Below are positions 7,865 to 18,211 of a stretch of 37,749 nt of DNA, in pieces. This DNA comes from Nanobdellota archaeon. Lineage in GTDB: Archaea > Nanobdellota > Nanobdellia > Woesearchaeales > JAHIVG01. Numbering within the stretch: position 1 is the stretch's first letter; each line of letters opens with the position of its first letter. The translations under genes and the position numbers were made by a program. Location: positions 1 through 37,749 of the forward strand of contig JBDRLS010000115.1 of the NCBI GenBank assembly GCA_043812875.1, written 5' to 3'. Under the pieces are notes generated by a model that did not search any database, was not told where the DNA came from, and was given only the letters and a program-made list of their open reading frames with translations.

Positions 7865-8351
7865 GCTCGGCAAAGGCTGCGGAGCACTATGCCATTGGAG
7901 CGGGCACTGCTGCAAGCACACTTCAGCTATCCTCGTCGGAAACGAAAAGAAAGAGCTCGCCGAGGACATGGGCCTGTCTGAAAAGGAATTCGAGAAGCGA
8001 TACCTTGAAGACACGACGCGCTTCAACACAAAACTCAAGCAGTTCAAGCAGAGAAGAGAGAAAGGCAGGCCCCATGGTCCCTGCATCATGCTTACGGAGA
8101 CAAATCGGTGCAGGATCCATGATATCAAGCCATTGTATTGCAGGACAGGGAACTGTCGAAATGAGCATGGCGAGGCCATTGCCGTATGGTTTGCGCTCAA
8201 CCATTTTGTCAACACGAATGATGCAGAGTCCATGAGGCAATGGGCAGCTTACCTTAGGACACACCCGACCATCCAGGGAGGGAAGCTGGAAGAGCTCATT
8301 CCAGACAAGAAGCATCTCTCAAGGATCCTCACCCATGAACTGTTATATTGA
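7821..8351 (+). CDS. YkgJ-family Cys-cluster (putative Zn/Fe-chelating) protein
   Basis: Cys cluster CGALCHWSGHCC followed by GPCIMLTETNRCRIHDIKPLYCRTGNC, matching the CxxCxxCC-family pattern. Overlaps the grpE 3' end by 44 nt. Confidence 0.7.
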   Translation: MTLIKKTTKTKTIIELGKGCGALCHWSGHCCKHTSAILVGNEKKELAEDMGLSEKEFEKRYLEDTTRFNTKLKQFKQRREKGRPHGPCIMLTETNRCRIHDIKPLYCRTGNCRNEHGEAIAVWFALNHFVNTNDAESMRQWAAYLRTHPTIQGGKLEELIPDKKHLSRILTHELLY

Positions 8352-8356
8352 TCAAG

Positions 8357-8674
8357 ATGAAAACGCACACACCTCCAAGAGGGAAGCAAAGGATGTTCCT
8401 CAAAGCTGAGGCCATCCTGCGCTACCTCACCCAGGATGATGAACACCTTGACACATTGATCATGTGCAAGGGCTCTGAGGTGGAACTCATCACATCGGAC
8501 GCGTCGCTCTACAGCGCGATGGCCTCTGTTGAAGATCATAGCAAGATCAAGTTCAATAAGCTGACCAAGTTCCTCGAAGTGGTGGATATCCATTCATCGA
8601 AGGAACGCGGTCAAGAGAAGAAAGTCCTCACGCACGAGGACGTCGAAAATTTAAGGAAAATCGCACTAAGGTGA
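8357..8674 (+). CDS. Hypothetical protein between the YkgJ-like gene and dnaK
   Basis: The ORF fills the gap exactly, with its stop overlapping the extended dnaK ORF. No recognisable motif. The start is ambiguous (TTG 8348, ATG 8357 or ATG 8393). Confidence 0.5.
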   Translation: MKTHTPPRGKQRMFLKAEAILRYLTQDDEHLDTLIMCKGSEVELITSDASLYSAMASVEDHSKIKFNKLTKFLEVVDIHSSKERGQEKKVLTHEDVENLRKIALR

Positions 8675-8679
8675 TACAC

Positions 8680-10563
8680 ATGGGAAAAATAATCGGCATT
8701 GATTTAGGGACAAGCAATTCAGCAGCAGCATTCTTAGAGGCCGGAAGGCCGAAAATAATTCCTTCCGCAGAAGGCGCATCCCAGTACGGCAAGGCCTTCC
8801 CCAGCTTCGTCGCATTCACCAAGGACGGTGATCTCCTCGTCGGAGAGCCTGCAAAGAGGCAGATGGTCTCTAATCCAGAACGCACCGTTCTCGCTGCAAA
8901 ACGCAAGATGGGGACGACACACAAATACAAGATCAACGGCAAGGAGTATACCCCTCAGCAGATCTCGGCATTCATCCTGCAGAAGATCAAGAAGGATGCA
9001 GAAGAATTCCTCGGCGAGAAGGTCGAGAAAGCGGTCATCACTGTCCCTGCCTATTTTGATGACAACCAGCGGCAGGCAACAAAGGATGCAGGCGCCATTG
9101 CAGGATTGGAGGTCGTGAGGATCGTCAATGAGCCGACGGCCGCGTCATTGGCCTATGGCATCGACAAGAAAAAGGAAAGCAAGATCCTTGTCTTCGACTT
9201 CGGCGGCGGGACATTGGACGTCACCATAATGGAATTCGGGGACGGCGTCTTTGAAGTCAAGTCGACCTCTGGAGACACACAGCTCGGCGGGACCGACATG
9301 GATGAAAAGATCATGGGGTTCTTGGTCAAGGAATTCAAGAAGCAGGAAGGCATTGACATAAGCAAGGACAGCATGGCTACCCAGCGCCTCAGGGAAGCGG
9401 CAGAAAAGGCCAAGATAGAGCTTTCCACCACACTGGAGACAGACATCAATCTGCCGTTCATCAGCGCCACGGACGCCGGTCCGAAGCATCTGTCCATAAA
9501 GCTGCGGAGAGCCCAGCTCGAGGAATTGGTCATGCCCCTCATCGAGAAATGCAGGAACCCTGTTGAGCAGGCATTGAAGGATGCGAAGCTCACCAAGGAT
9601 GATATAGACAAGGTCATCATGGTCGGCGGTCCGACGAGGATGCCTATTGTCCAGAAGTTTGTCGAAGACATGGTCGGGAAGAAGCTAGAGCGCGGCGTCG
9701 ATCCTATGGAATGCGTCGCCATGGGCGCTGCGATCCAAGCGGGTGTCCTCGCCGGCGATGTGAAAGATGTCCTTCTCTTGGACGTGACTCCTCTTTCATT
9801 AGGCATCGAAACCCTTGGAGGCGTCTTCACCAAGCTCATCGAGCGAAACACGACAATCCCGACGAAGAAGAGCCAGATCTTCTCGACAGCAGCCGATAAT
9901 CAGCCAGCGGTGACCATCAATGTGCTCCAAGGGGAACGTTCGATGGCTTCAGACAATAAGAATCTTGGACGGTTTGATCTGGTGGGCATCCCTCCTTCAC
10001 CAAGGGGAATCCCCCAGATTGAGGTCACCTTTGACATCGATGCCAATGGCATAGTCCATGTCCACGCAAAGGACCTGGGGACGGGGAAAGAGCAATCGAT
10101 CCAGATCACTGCAACCCAGAAACTCAATGATGAAGAGATTGAGAAGATGAAAAAGGATGCTGAAGCCCATGCCTCCGACGACAGGAAGAAGAAAGAGGAA
10201 GCTGAAACCATAAACAATGCGGAAACCTTGGTATACACGACCGAAAAGCTCTTCAAGGACATGGGAGATAAAATGCCAAAAGAACAGGTCGAGCCTGTCC
10301 AGAAAGAGATTGATGAGCTGAAAGGACTCCTTAAGCCAGAGAAGAAGGACTCCGCGGCGATCAGGGCAAAACTTGATGCGATCAACGAGAAGGTGCAGAA
10401 GATAAGCACCGAGCTCTACCAAAAGGCCGCACAAGAGCAGGCAGCCAAACAGGCTGAGGAAGCTAAGAAAGCCGGGAAGAAGGACGGCAAGAAAGAGAAG
10501 GTTGTCGACGCTGATTATAAAGAGACGGATGATAAGGCCGATGACAAGGAAACCAAGAAATGA
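8680..10563 (+). CDS. dnaK: Hsp70 chaperone DnaK
   Basis: Hsp70 motifs [19 protein letters not shown] and [14 protein letters not shown] lies 4 nt before ATG 8680. Confidence 0.95.
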   Translation: MGKIIGIDLGTSNSAAAFLEAGRPKIIPSAEGASQYGKAFPSFVAFTKDGDLLVGEPAKRQMVSNPERTVLAAKRKMGTTHKYKINGKEYTPQQISAFILQKIKKDAEEFLGEKVEKAVITVPAYFDDNQRQATKDAGAIAGLEVVRIVNEPTAASLAYGIDKKKESKILVFDFGGGTLDVTIMEFGDGVFEVKSTSGDTQLGGTDMDEKIMGFLVKEFKKQEGIDISKDSMATQRLREAAEKAKIELSTTLETDINLPFISATDAGPKHLSIKLRRAQLEELVMPLIEKCRNPVEQALKDAKLTKDDIDKVIMVGGPTRMPIVQKFVEDMVGKKLERGVDPMECVAMGAAIQAGVLAGDVKDVLLLDVTPLSLGIETLGGVFTKLIERNTTIPTKKSQIFSTAADNQPAVTINVLQGERSMASDNKNLGRFDLVGIPPSPRGIPQIEVTFDIDANGIVHVHAKDLGTGKEQSIQITATQKLNDEEIEKMKKDAEAHASDDRKKKEEAETINNAETLVYTTEKLFKDMGDKMPKEQVEPVQKEIDELKGLLKPEKKDSAAIRAKLDAINEKVQKISTELYQKAAQEQAAKQAEEAKKAGKKDGKKEKVVDADYKETDDKADDKETKK

Positions 10564-11669
10564 CCAAGGACTACTACGAGACCCTGGGCCTGCAGAAAGG
10601 TGCGTCCAAGGAAGAGATAAAGAAGGCGTATAAGCGGCTGGCCAAAAGGCTCCATCCCGACGTCAATAAGGATAGCGATGCCGCTGAGAAGTTCAAGGAG
10701 ATCAATGAGGCTGCGGCTGTCCTGGGTGATGACCAGAAGCGTGAGCAGTATGACCGCTTCGGCACAGCCGGCGCAGGAGGGGGCTTCTCAGGATTCGACT
10801 TCTCAGATTTCATGTCCGGCGATGGCGGCTTTGACTTCGACAACATCTTTGATACTTTTTTCGGCGGAGGGGGGGGAAGGAAACGCCGCACCTCGCATAG
10901 AGGCTCAGACCTTCGCTATGACATCGAGCTCTCGCTTGAAGAGGTTGCCAAGGGCATAAAAAAACGCCTCTCTCTCACTAAGATGGACATATGCAATGAT
11001 TGTCATGGCTCAGGGGCGGCCTCTGACAAGGATATCTCATCATGCAATGAATGCAATGGTCAAGGCATCAAGCAGGAAGGCAGGAGAACACCTTTCGGCG
11101 TCTTCATGACGCGTACGACATGCAATAAATGTCAAGGCACCGGCAGGATGATCACCAAGCTTTGCTCCTCCTGTAGGGGGAATGGCAAGCTTGAGAAATC
11201 AAAGCGTCTCGATGTCGATATTCCAGCTGGCGTCGACGATGGAACACGCCTGAGGGTGGCGGGCGAGGGAGAAGCAGGAAGCAGAGGCGCTCCTTCAGGG
11301 GACCTCTATGTGGTCGTCCATGTCAAAGACCATGAACTCTTTGAGCGGCAAGAGGATAACCTCTTCTTGGAATGCGAGATTACGTTTCCTCAAGCAGCGC
11401 TGGGCGCTGAGATCGATGTCCCGACCATTGACGGCAATGCGAAACTGAATATTCCTGCCGGCACGCAATCTCATACGACGTTCCGCATGCGCGGCAAGGG
11501 ATTGCCGCATCTCAATGGCTATGGCTCAGGAGACCAGATGGTCCGCGTCCTGGTGACCACTCCGAAAAAGCTGAATGCAAAAGAGAAAGAGATCCTTAAT
11601 AAATACGCGAAGCTGACCGGCGACACTGTCAAGCCGAGCAAAGGCTTCTTCTCGAAATTGCGCGGATGA
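10560..11669 (+). CDS. dnaJ: Co-chaperone DnaJ
   Basis: J domain with HPD, a G/F-rich linker, and four CxxCxGxG repeats ([32 protein letters not shown]). ATGA overlap with the dnaK stop. Confidence 0.95.
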   Translation: MTKDYYETLGLQKGASKEEIKKAYKRLAKRLHPDVNKDSDAAEKFKEINEAAAVLGDDQKREQYDRFGTAGAGGGFSGFDFSDFMSGDGGFDFDNIFDTFFGGGGGRKRRTSHRGSDLRYDIELSLEEVAKGIKKRLSLTKMDICNDCHGSGAASDKDISSCNECNGQGIKQEGRRTPFGVFMTRTTCNKCQGTGRMITKLCSSCRGNGKLEKSKRLDVDIPAGVDDGTRLRVAGEGEAGSRGAPSGDLYVVVHVKDHELFERQEDNLFLECEITFPQAALGAEIDVPTIDGNAKLNIPAGTQSHTTFRMRGKGLPHLNGYGSGDQMVRVLVTTPKKLNAKEKEILNKYAKLTGDTVKPSKGFFSKLRG

Positions 11670-11746
11670 AAAACATCCTCAACCAGTATATGATTCTACT
11701 CCTGAGGGGGGAAAAGTTAAAATAGGTTCTCAATTTACCTTTAACC

Positions 11747-13027
11747 ATGGCGCCCACACAACCATCCCAAAAAAGACTTCTTACACCAAACTATGGTTTC
11801 CTTGACCAACTTCCCGCCTGGTATGCACCTGGAAGCATGGAAGAAATCGCATTTGGCAAACGATTTGGACCAAATATGACACAAAGAAGATATGATGGGG
11901 AGAAATGGAAGGATCCTGAAATCAGTCAGGGAAGAGGGTTAACTCTCGATGGCACCTCTTTAGTCTTTTCTTATGGTGATGAACTTTTTGAGGGTTGGAA
12001 GGCATTCAGACATAAAACAGGTGAATATGAGGACCAGGTAGTCATGTGGCGTCCTGATAAGAATGCTCAACGTCTTAATCGTGGAGCAAGAAGAATGAAT
12101 ATGCCTGAGATGGATGAAGCTGAAATGATAGAAATGTGGATGCGCCATCTTCATGCTGAGAAGCATCAAATCCCCCATGACACGAAAGGCAATCCTCTCG
12201 ATGGAGCCGCGTTTTACGGCCGTCCGATTATGATTCCATTAGACGAGGGGTTTCGCATTGAAGATAGTGTGACCCATCTCCATTATGTCGTAGGAGGGCC
12301 GGTCGGACCTTATTTCGATGCAAAATCTAAAGGGGCCACCATGGTCATTACACTTGATCATCCTCGTGTTGTAAAGAAGGGCATTGGTGATATCAAAGCT
12401 GGTCCTAACTACGCGTGGGCAAAAAAAGTCCAAGCATGGGCAAAAAGGACTTTTGGTGCGGCTGAAGTCCTCTACCTTGATCATTCAGATCCTGATCCTT
12501 GGAAATGTAACATTACAGAATACGGTGCTGCGAATCATGCGCACATAAAAGATGGCAAGTTCTTCTTTTCACCCGAAGGTAATTCTATGATTCTCGATAG
12601 CACTACCCGAGGTTCACTTGAAGAACTTGCAGAATTCAAACAGGGTCATGGATTGACTGTCCTTCGACAGAAGTTGCCACTAACTGAACTTGTAGATGGT
12701 CTAAAATCAGGAGAGTTGTCAAACCCCATGGCCATTGGAACCGCTGCAGTGCTTGCTCCAATAATACGATACATAATCGTTCAAGGGGGGTACGATCCTG
12801 AAACCGGAATGCTAGAGGGTGGGAACGTTGTTGATGACTTTCTTATAAATGATGGTGAAGTCCGCGAAGAGTCTCGAGAACTCCATCGGATGTATACAGA
12901 AATGCAAACCGGAAAGAGACCGGCTCCTGAAGGTTGGATTCAGCCCATTGGAAGCTTTGATGAATCCCCAACCGGTGTTGAAAAGATCATTCAATCACAC
13001 GATCCAGAGCATCCGAAGAACGTATAG
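11747..13027 (+). CDS. Class IV (branched-chain-type) aminotransferase, divergent, with terminal extensions
   Basis: YGDELFEGWKAFR, WRPDKNAQRLNRGARRMNMP, GIGDIKAGPNYA (candidate PLP lysine) and GTAAVLAPI match BCAT motifs. A TATA box lies about 30 nt before the ATG. Confidence 0.75.
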   Translation: MAPTQPSQKRLLTPNYGFLDQLPAWYAPGSMEEIAFGKRFGPNMTQRRYDGEKWKDPEISQGRGLTLDGTSLVFSYGDELFEGWKAFRHKTGEYEDQVVMWRPDKNAQRLNRGARRMNMPEMDEAEMIEMWMRHLHAEKHQIPHDTKGNPLDGAAFYGRPIMIPLDEGFRIEDSVTHLHYVVGGPVGPYFDAKSKGATMVITLDHPRVVKKGIGDIKAGPNYAWAKKVQAWAKRTFGAAEVLYLDHSDPDPWKCNITEYGAANHAHIKDGKFFFSPEGNSMILDSTTRGSLEELAEFKQGHGLTVLRQKLPLTELVDGLKSGELSNPMAIGTAAVLAPIIRYIIVQGGYDPETGMLEGGNVVDDFLINDGEVREESRELHRMYTEMQTGKRPAPEGWIQPIGSFDESPTGVEKIIQSHDPEHPKNV

Positions 13028-13100
13028 TTTTTCATCAAAACAAAACCTTTTTCCACATAACATACATTGATAAGGCATCCTGATTTGTGATGGACCGATC

Positions 13101-13298
13101 ATGGTGAAGGCTTTGATTGATGGAAGGGCGATCGAAGAGTCGGTTGCCGGAGACGACATCATCTCCGATGATTCAGGATCATACATCATGGTCGACGAGC
13201 CGCGGCTGTACAATGTCTATGATGGCCCGTTCGATGAGGGTCTGCTCAAACTTACAGCAGATCAAGGATTCAGCTTCAATGCGTTCACATTTGGCTAA
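13101..13298 (+). CDS. Small hypothetical ORF (65 aa), possibly a gene remnant
   Basis: Open frame only. There is no properly spaced TATA box and no recognisable motif. Confidence 0.3.
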   Translation: MVKALIDGRAIEESVAGDDIISDDSGSYIMVDEPRLYNVYDGPFDEGLLKLTADQGFSFNAFTFG

Positions 13299-13331
13299 AA
13301 ACTAATAAAGGGGAACAGTTCTAGCTAAGCT

Positions 13332-14063
13332 ATGACCCACATCACATTCGAAAGCGGCGGCCTAAAACTCCAGGGCATACTCTCCGGACCGAAGCAGGAC
13401 ACCACGAAATGTGTCATCATCGCCCACGGCTTCATGTCCAGCAAGGAGTTCGTGCATTGGCGGCATCTCTCTGATGCCCTCAATAAAGAAGGCATCGCCT
13501 GCTTCCGTTTTGATTTCAGGGGCCACGGCAAGAGCGACAAGGCGGAGATTACTGTCTCTGGAGAAGTGGAAGACCTCCGCGCCGCGATGGCATTCATCAG
13601 GACAAAAGGATACACGTCCATCGGCCTATTCGGCTCCAGCCTCGGCGGCTTGATCTGTTTCCTCTGCTATGATAGCGGAATAAACACCATGGCATTCTTG
13701 GCTCCGGTCTCTAAGCCGAAGAACCCCGGGATCATCAATGAAGACATCCTTACGACCCTGAAAGACAAGGGATCGCTCGAGATCAAGAAGAAAGACGGCA
13801 GAAAGGTCGTCATCAATGAGCAATATGTCCGAGAACGCCAATCCTTCGACCGAGAACAGCTCCTGAAATCGATATCCTGTCCAATCCTCATCAATCACGG
13901 CACTGCAGATACGGTCCTCCCTGTCCAGGATTCAGTGGAAGCGATGACCTTCCTCAATGCAGAGAGCTCATTAAACATTGTTGAAGGTGCAGACCACACA
14001 TTTAGAGGTCACGGCAATGAACTTATTGAGAAATCTCTTTCTTGGTTCCAGCGTTTTTTATAA
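13332..14063 (+). CDS. Alpha/beta-fold hydrolase
   Basis: Nucleophile elbow GSSLGG (GxSxG), IIAHGF near the N-terminus and GADH near the C-terminus. TATA-like CTAATAAA lies about 29 nt before the ATG. Confidence 0.8.
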   Translation: MTHITFESGGLKLQGILSGPKQDTTKCVIIAHGFMSSKEFVHWRHLSDALNKEGIACFRFDFRGHGKSDKAEITVSGEVEDLRAAMAFIRTKGYTSIGLFGSSLGGLICFLCYDSGINTMAFLAPVSKPKNPGIINEDILTTLKDKGSLEIKKKDGRKVVINEQYVRERQSFDREQLLKSISCPILINHGTADTVLPVQDSVEAMTFLNAESSLNIVEGADHTFRGHGNELIEKSLSWFQRFL

Positions 14064-14502
14064 TTTCAATGACTGCCGCAGGCACAAGACCTGATACATC
14101 TCTATGCGTCCGTAATCTCTTCCGAATTTCTGTTGCATGGATATGCTTATATTTTGGAAGCTCCTTGATCTGGAATCCGGCCTGGAAGAAAATATCCTGT
14201 ACCCTTTTATTTCCAGACCAGACGACATCGAAATCCCCCACCTTATTCCGGACATGATCCGCATACGAGTCATCATCAGGGATGTCAGGGACCTCAAATA
14301 ATCTTATATTCGCTCCTTTCGGAAGGATGGAGCGCAGCATCTTTTTTCTTTCAGCTGAGGAAAAAGGGTTCTCTTTTGTCCCTGATTCCTGCGCAGAGCC
14401 GATGACGATGGCAAGCGTGTCATCCTCCCCGAGGATCTTTTCGATGGCCCAGCGATGGCCCTCGTGCACTGGCTGGAAGCGGCCGATGAATAATGCCCTC
14501 AT
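14023..14502 (-). CDS. Archaeal-type nicotinamide-nucleotide adenylyltransferase
   Basis: GRFQPVHEGH (HxGH nucleotidyltransferase motif) follows directly after Met at 14502, and the size (~159 aa) is typical. The longer ORF to 14595 looks like a spurious extension. Confidence 0.85.
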   Translation of the reverse strand: MRALFIGRFQPVHEGHRWAIEKILGEDDTLAIVIGSAQESGTKENPFSSAERKKMLRSILPKGANIRLFEVPDIPDDDSYADHVRNKVGDFDVVWSGNKRVQDIFFQAGFQIKELPKYKHIHATEIRKRLRTHRDVSGLVPAAVIEIIKNAGTKKEISQ

Positions 14503-14577
14503 TGCCCTGTCTGAGCTCCTGTCTCTTTTATTATTTTCGCTAGAAACCCTTAAAAGTCCCTTATCGCTCCCCTGGTC

Positions 14578-15897
14578 ATGGGGGAAGACAATCACTTAGA
14601 TCCTGAAGTACTCTATGGTTCAGCATTAGAAAAGATCACACTATATAAGCCGCAAGAACGTCGCTTTCTTCTATGGAGCTTGGATTTTTTGATGGAACAG
14701 CAAGAACAAAAGGGAACTGAGCGTGTATCAGGCCGTCCAGGATGGACTCATCCAGCCGATACCTTTCTCAAATTATTTGATGACGATGACTATGTTCCTG
14801 ATTACGTCCTTGCCATGAATGCCCTGCTCCACGACCTTATTGAAGATAGCAAAGAAGGCAGCACAAAACACAAAATCGGTTTCCATGCCTTAGAAGAGAT
14901 TGTCGTTGACCTCATCCTCCATAATTATGTCGCCGTTCATCCAGACCTTAAAGAAAACGAGCTGATATTCGTGAACAAAGCGATTAAGGCACACTTCAGA
15001 TATGAGCGGGAGGGGGAAACCAATCATCCAGATGAACATATCGAGCGGATTGAGAGAGCATTTATTAATTTTCGACCCAGTCACTGCCAAATCCTGGAAT
15101 TGCCCAATAATCGGATGAGCTGGAAAGAATTTCTCCATTCTTCCTTGCCAGCACTAAAAAAATCCATTGATGACATGGTCAAGTTCATGGAGCTGCAAGA
15201 CTTGATGCTTCAACGACCAGATGAGTGCTTTTCTAAATACTCAGAACGAATCCGTTTCATGCCTATCGGTTTTCATGCACAACTGAAGCACGAAATGGGA
15301 ATTATTTCAAAGATCGGTGACCGATCATCAAACACTATAGATGTTGACGGCCTTCTCGCGAAGAGAAAATATGCGAATTATTTGTATCTCCTCTATAAGA
15401 ACATCCAATCCCTTGGAGGGATTAAGCATTATATCATGAATGCCGGTGCGCAACACGGCAGACTATACGAGCCCATTGCGGTAAGATATCAGAGCTTTAT
15501 CAGACGGAGCTTAGAAAGCGCTGATCGCCTCATACAGCATCTCGAAGAACATGAAAAAATAACAAACCATGATGAATGGTTATTCATGGAAAATGAGCGG
15601 CAAAGTGGGGATTACTTCTCCCACCCTGACATATTTATGGCGTCCTTGGAAGATCAAGGAGCTATACAAAGACAACGAAGGATCAATGGCATCTATGATA
15701 TCCTGAAACTATACGATCAATTCATGCATCATGAAAAGAAGAAATCTGAGATCCCCATCTCTCATGCAAGGATGCCACATTTCCATAAGGAAGCGCTCCT
15801 CTTCAGAGGAATGATTCAAGAAATAGCATCTCGAGTGAATTATTTTGCAGATAACATAAAATGCACACGCACGTACCATCATCACGTGTACAGCTAA
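14578..15897 (+). CDS. HD-domain protein with a RelA/SpoT-hydrolase-like HD..ED motif and a long uncharacterised C-terminal region
   Basis: WTHPADT ... ALLHDLIEDS gives the H...HD...ED spacing of the HD superfamily. AAACCCTTAAAAG lies about 28 nt before the ATG. Confidence 0.6.
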   Translation: MGEDNHLDPEVLYGSALEKITLYKPQERRFLLWSLDFLMEQQEQKGTERVSGRPGWTHPADTFLKLFDDDDYVPDYVLAMNALLHDLIEDSKEGSTKHKIGFHALEEIVVDLILHNYVAVHPDLKENELIFVNKAIKAHFRYEREGETNHPDEHIERIERAFINFRPSHCQILELPNNRMSWKEFLHSSLPALKKSIDDMVKFMELQDLMLQRPDECFSKYSERIRFMPIGFHAQLKHEMGIISKIGDRSSNTIDVDGLLAKRKYANYLYLLYKNIQSLGGIKHYIMNAGAQHGRLYEPIAVRYQSFIRRSLESADRLIQHLEEHEKITNHDEWLFMENERQSGDYFSHPDIFMASLEDQGAIQRQRRINGIYDILKLYDQFMHHEKKKSEIPISHARMPHFHKEALLFRGMIQEIASRVNYFADNIKCTRTYHHHVYS

Positions 15898-16490
15898 GCC
15901 TTGCCCTTATACCTTCCCCGAGACTCGACAACTTCAAAACGTTCAAGGATCTTCTCAGCGTCAATTGCATATTTCCGATAGGCTCTCAGGAATGATGCAA
16001 ATGCCTTCTCTGCGATCCTCCAGTGCTTTGAAGTGAGCGCTTGGCGCAAGAGATGCAGATCGACGGCCTTATCTTCGATGCGATGGGATTGATAGCTCAA
16101 ACCAAAGTCGATGATGGACAATGTTCTGTTCCATATCAGGTTGGATGTGGTGAGATCCCCGTGGATGATGCTCTCATTATGTAATTTTGCAATGAGCTTG
16201 CCGATCTTCGGGCAAATGAGAGGGACTGATTTCAATGTAAGGCAATCCCTTATCTTTTTTCCTTTGATCTCCTCCATGCTGAACGCGTAGTCCCCCATCT
16301 CGATGACATGAGGCACTGGAAAGCCTTTCAGCGCGAGTTTCTGCAGAAGACGATATTCCCTTCTGTTTCGGCCGCTTCGCAATAGTGCATCAATTTTTTC
16401 GTTTCGGTACCCTTTCTTGAGCCGCTTTTTAAGGAGATTCGGTGATTTTTGGATTATTACAGCTTCAGCACCGTAAGAGACAGGTTGCAT
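15894..16490 (-). CDS. bud32: Bud32 (KEOPS-associated) protein kinase
   Basis: GAEAVI N-terminus, catalytic loop IIHGDLTTSNLI, and DFGLS. TATAAAAA on the minus strand lies 29-30 nt before ATG 16490; the ORF continues upstream to 16556. Confidence 0.85.
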   Translation of the reverse strand: MQPVSYGAEAVIIQKSPNLLKKRLKKGYRNEKIDALLRSGRNRREYRLLQKLALKGFPVPHVIEMGDYAFSMEEIKGKKIRDCLTLKSVPLICPKIGKLIAKLHNESIIHGDLTTSNLIWNRTLSIIDFGLSYQSHRIEDKAVDLHLLRQALTSKHWRIAEKAFASFLRAYRKYAIDAEKILERFEVVESRGRYKGKA

Positions 16491-16554
16491 GTTCCAGAGT
16501 AGGACCAATAGCTTTTTATACATTTGCTTTCCCAGCCCAAACTGAGGTGGTTTC

Positions 16555-16740
16555 ATGGAACAACACCCCGAAGATGAAGAGCAGAATGTCTATAATGAAT
16601 CCAGCAGGGAAGACCTTCTAGAAGGCGACGAGATCAGCTCAGAAGAGGAGGCCTTTATGAAAGGCTATGAGGATGCTGATGACGAGCCTGAAGACAAGGA
16701 AGACAAAGACGGCAAGGATGAGGAAGAAGAGGAAGAGTGA
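16555..16740 (+). CDS. Small highly acidic protein (61 aa)
   Basis: It starts next to the bidirectional TATA box shared with bud32. The non-repetitive part (SSREDLLEGDEISSEEEAFMKGYED) looks like coding sequence. The 3' part overlaps the tail of the convergent ACT gene. Confidence 0.45.
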   Translation: MEQHPEDEEQNVYNESSREDLLEGDEISSEEEAFMKGYEDADDEPEDKEDKDGKDEEEEEE

Positions 16741-17351
16741 GCGAGCAGCCTCAATGCCTTATCGCAATCTTTTTTTTCTATGATGATGATGGTGTCTGTC
16801 CAGCAGGACAATTCTTCGACGATATTGATTCCTCTATCCGCCAGAAGTGAGTATACATATGCCACAAATCCAGGCACGTGCTCAAGTTCTCGTGGGCTTT
16901 TCAGGGTGATCTCCACGAGATCACTGGTTATCTTCAGAAGTGATCGTTTGAGGTAGCGTTTTACCAGTGGCACGAACTCATCGCTCGTTATGAGCATGAT
17001 CATGTTTACCCCTTCTGTCATATGCAATGTGCCTTGTCCTGCCATGATCTCTTTCTGAATCTCAATCAAGCTCGGGGAGGAGAGAGGGGAGCTGATCGCC
17101 ACGCAGATATTAGTCTTCATCGTCAAAGTCGTCGCTTTCAATAGCTCCTTGATCTTTTTCAGAGGGACTCCTTCTTTCGGGAGGTATCGTCGACAAGCCA
17201 CCAACACGGCGTCGAAGTCCCTTTCCTTGAAACCTCGTTCCGTTATGATGAGGCGCGCAAGCTTCGAGTAGGATATGATGCCCAGATGGAGTCCCTGACG
17301 TATTGTGCTGTGGTCATCCAGATGATTCCGCACTTCTTGGGTGATGTTCAT
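16665..17351 (-). CDS. ACT-domain protein (predicted amino-acid-metabolism regulator type) with a Ser-rich tail
   Basis: C-terminal ACT-like segment GFVAYVYSLLADRGINIVEELSCWTDTIIIIEKKD. ATG 17351 lies 2 nt after the stop of the upstream gene. The last ~25 codons are antisense to the acidic ORF. Confidence 0.65.
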   Translation of the reverse strand: MNITQEVRNHLDDHSTIRQGLHLGIISYSKLARLIITERGFKERDFDAVLVACRRYLPKEGVPLKKIKELLKATTLTMKTNICVAISSPLSSPSLIEIQKEIMAGQGTLHMTEGVNMIMLITSDEFVPLVKRYLKRSLLKITSDLVEITLKSPRELEHVPGFVAYVYSLLADRGINIVEELSCWTDTIIIIEKKDCDKALRLLAHSSSSSSSLPSLSSLSSGSSSASS

Positions 17352-17353
17352 TG

Positions 17354-18211
17354 TTATTTGCTCCTTGTTGTTTTCATTGGATTCCAGCCTTCTGCCAATG
17401 AGGTGCATATTTTGACGAGATCATCATAGGCCTTTATTTTTTGATCATCTATCTCATCGTCTCTACAAGCCCTATATCTTGATGCAGCTTCACTCCATCC
17501 TTCGCCTTTGACAAGCGCTAATGTTGATTCTTGGGTTTGGTCGACGCTATTCAATAAGGAAGATATCTCTTGTTGATCTTGCTTCCCTTCTATCCATCTT
17601 TGTCTACTATAATTAAAAATATCTAATAACCTAGCAGAGGGAACCTCTTCGTCTTCTTGCATTTCAATATGTTCGAATTCTGGTGGAACAGCATCTCCTT
17701 GTTCTCGGATTTGTTTTAGTTGGCTCTCAACCTTATCATCATAGTCACACCTTTCCCTGATCTTGAGGACCTCATAGAAACGTTTTTCTCTGAATAGTAT
17801 CCCTAGTTCACGCTCGTATTCTTGCTCAACACCTAAAGCCCCATAGATGATTGCAGCAAGGCAATGATTCTCTTCCTGAGCAAGCCTATTTGCCCGGCCT
17901 AGTTGTTTCCTATCATCTTGAACAAGTCTCCAAAATTCCCCAATGCCCTCCAATGACGCATTCTTTTCAAGCGGTAACTGTTCTTCTATCATTCGTCTAG
18001 CTTCATCTGTTTTGCCTATGTAATGGGTGGCCCGAGCACAAATAAAAACCCCATTATGTTTAATTAACGATTTAAGAAGGATTGCTCTGACATTAATATC
18101 AACAACTTCTTTAGCGACTATATCTGAGTAGAAGTATAGAGAAAATGGATAATTAGGTAATGCCTTTGCAAATTGTTCATATATCTTTGCTGCTTTCTGG
18201 TCAATCGCCAT
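17354..18211 (-). CDS. Hypothetical helical protein (285 aa), visibly AT-richer than its neighbours
   Basis: TATAAAAA lies 30 nt upstream of ATG 18211. It is co-directional with and abuts the ACT gene. No motif recognised. Confidence 0.6.
   Translation of the reverse strand: MAIDQKAAKIYEQFAKALPNYPFSLYFYSDIVAKEVVDINVRAILLKSLIKHNGVFICARATHYIGKTDEARRMIEEQLPLEKNASLEGIGEFWRLVQDDRKQLGRANRLAQEENHCLAAIIYGALGVEQEYERELGILFREKRFYEVLKIRERCDYDDKVESQLKQIREQGDAVPPEFEHIEMQEDEEVPSARLLDIFNYSRQRWIEGKQDQQEISSLLNSVDQTQESTLALVKGEGWSEAASRYRACRDDEIDDQKIKAYDDLVKICTSLAEGWNPMKTTRSK

Noticed and set aside
9153-10434. Long antisense or alternative-frame ORFs inside dnaK (for example 9153-9851 and 9900-10409 on the minus strand)
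   Set aside because: They have low-complexity Ser/Phe/Leu-rich translations typical of the complement of a Lys/Glu/Asp-rich gene. dnaK itself is unambiguous.
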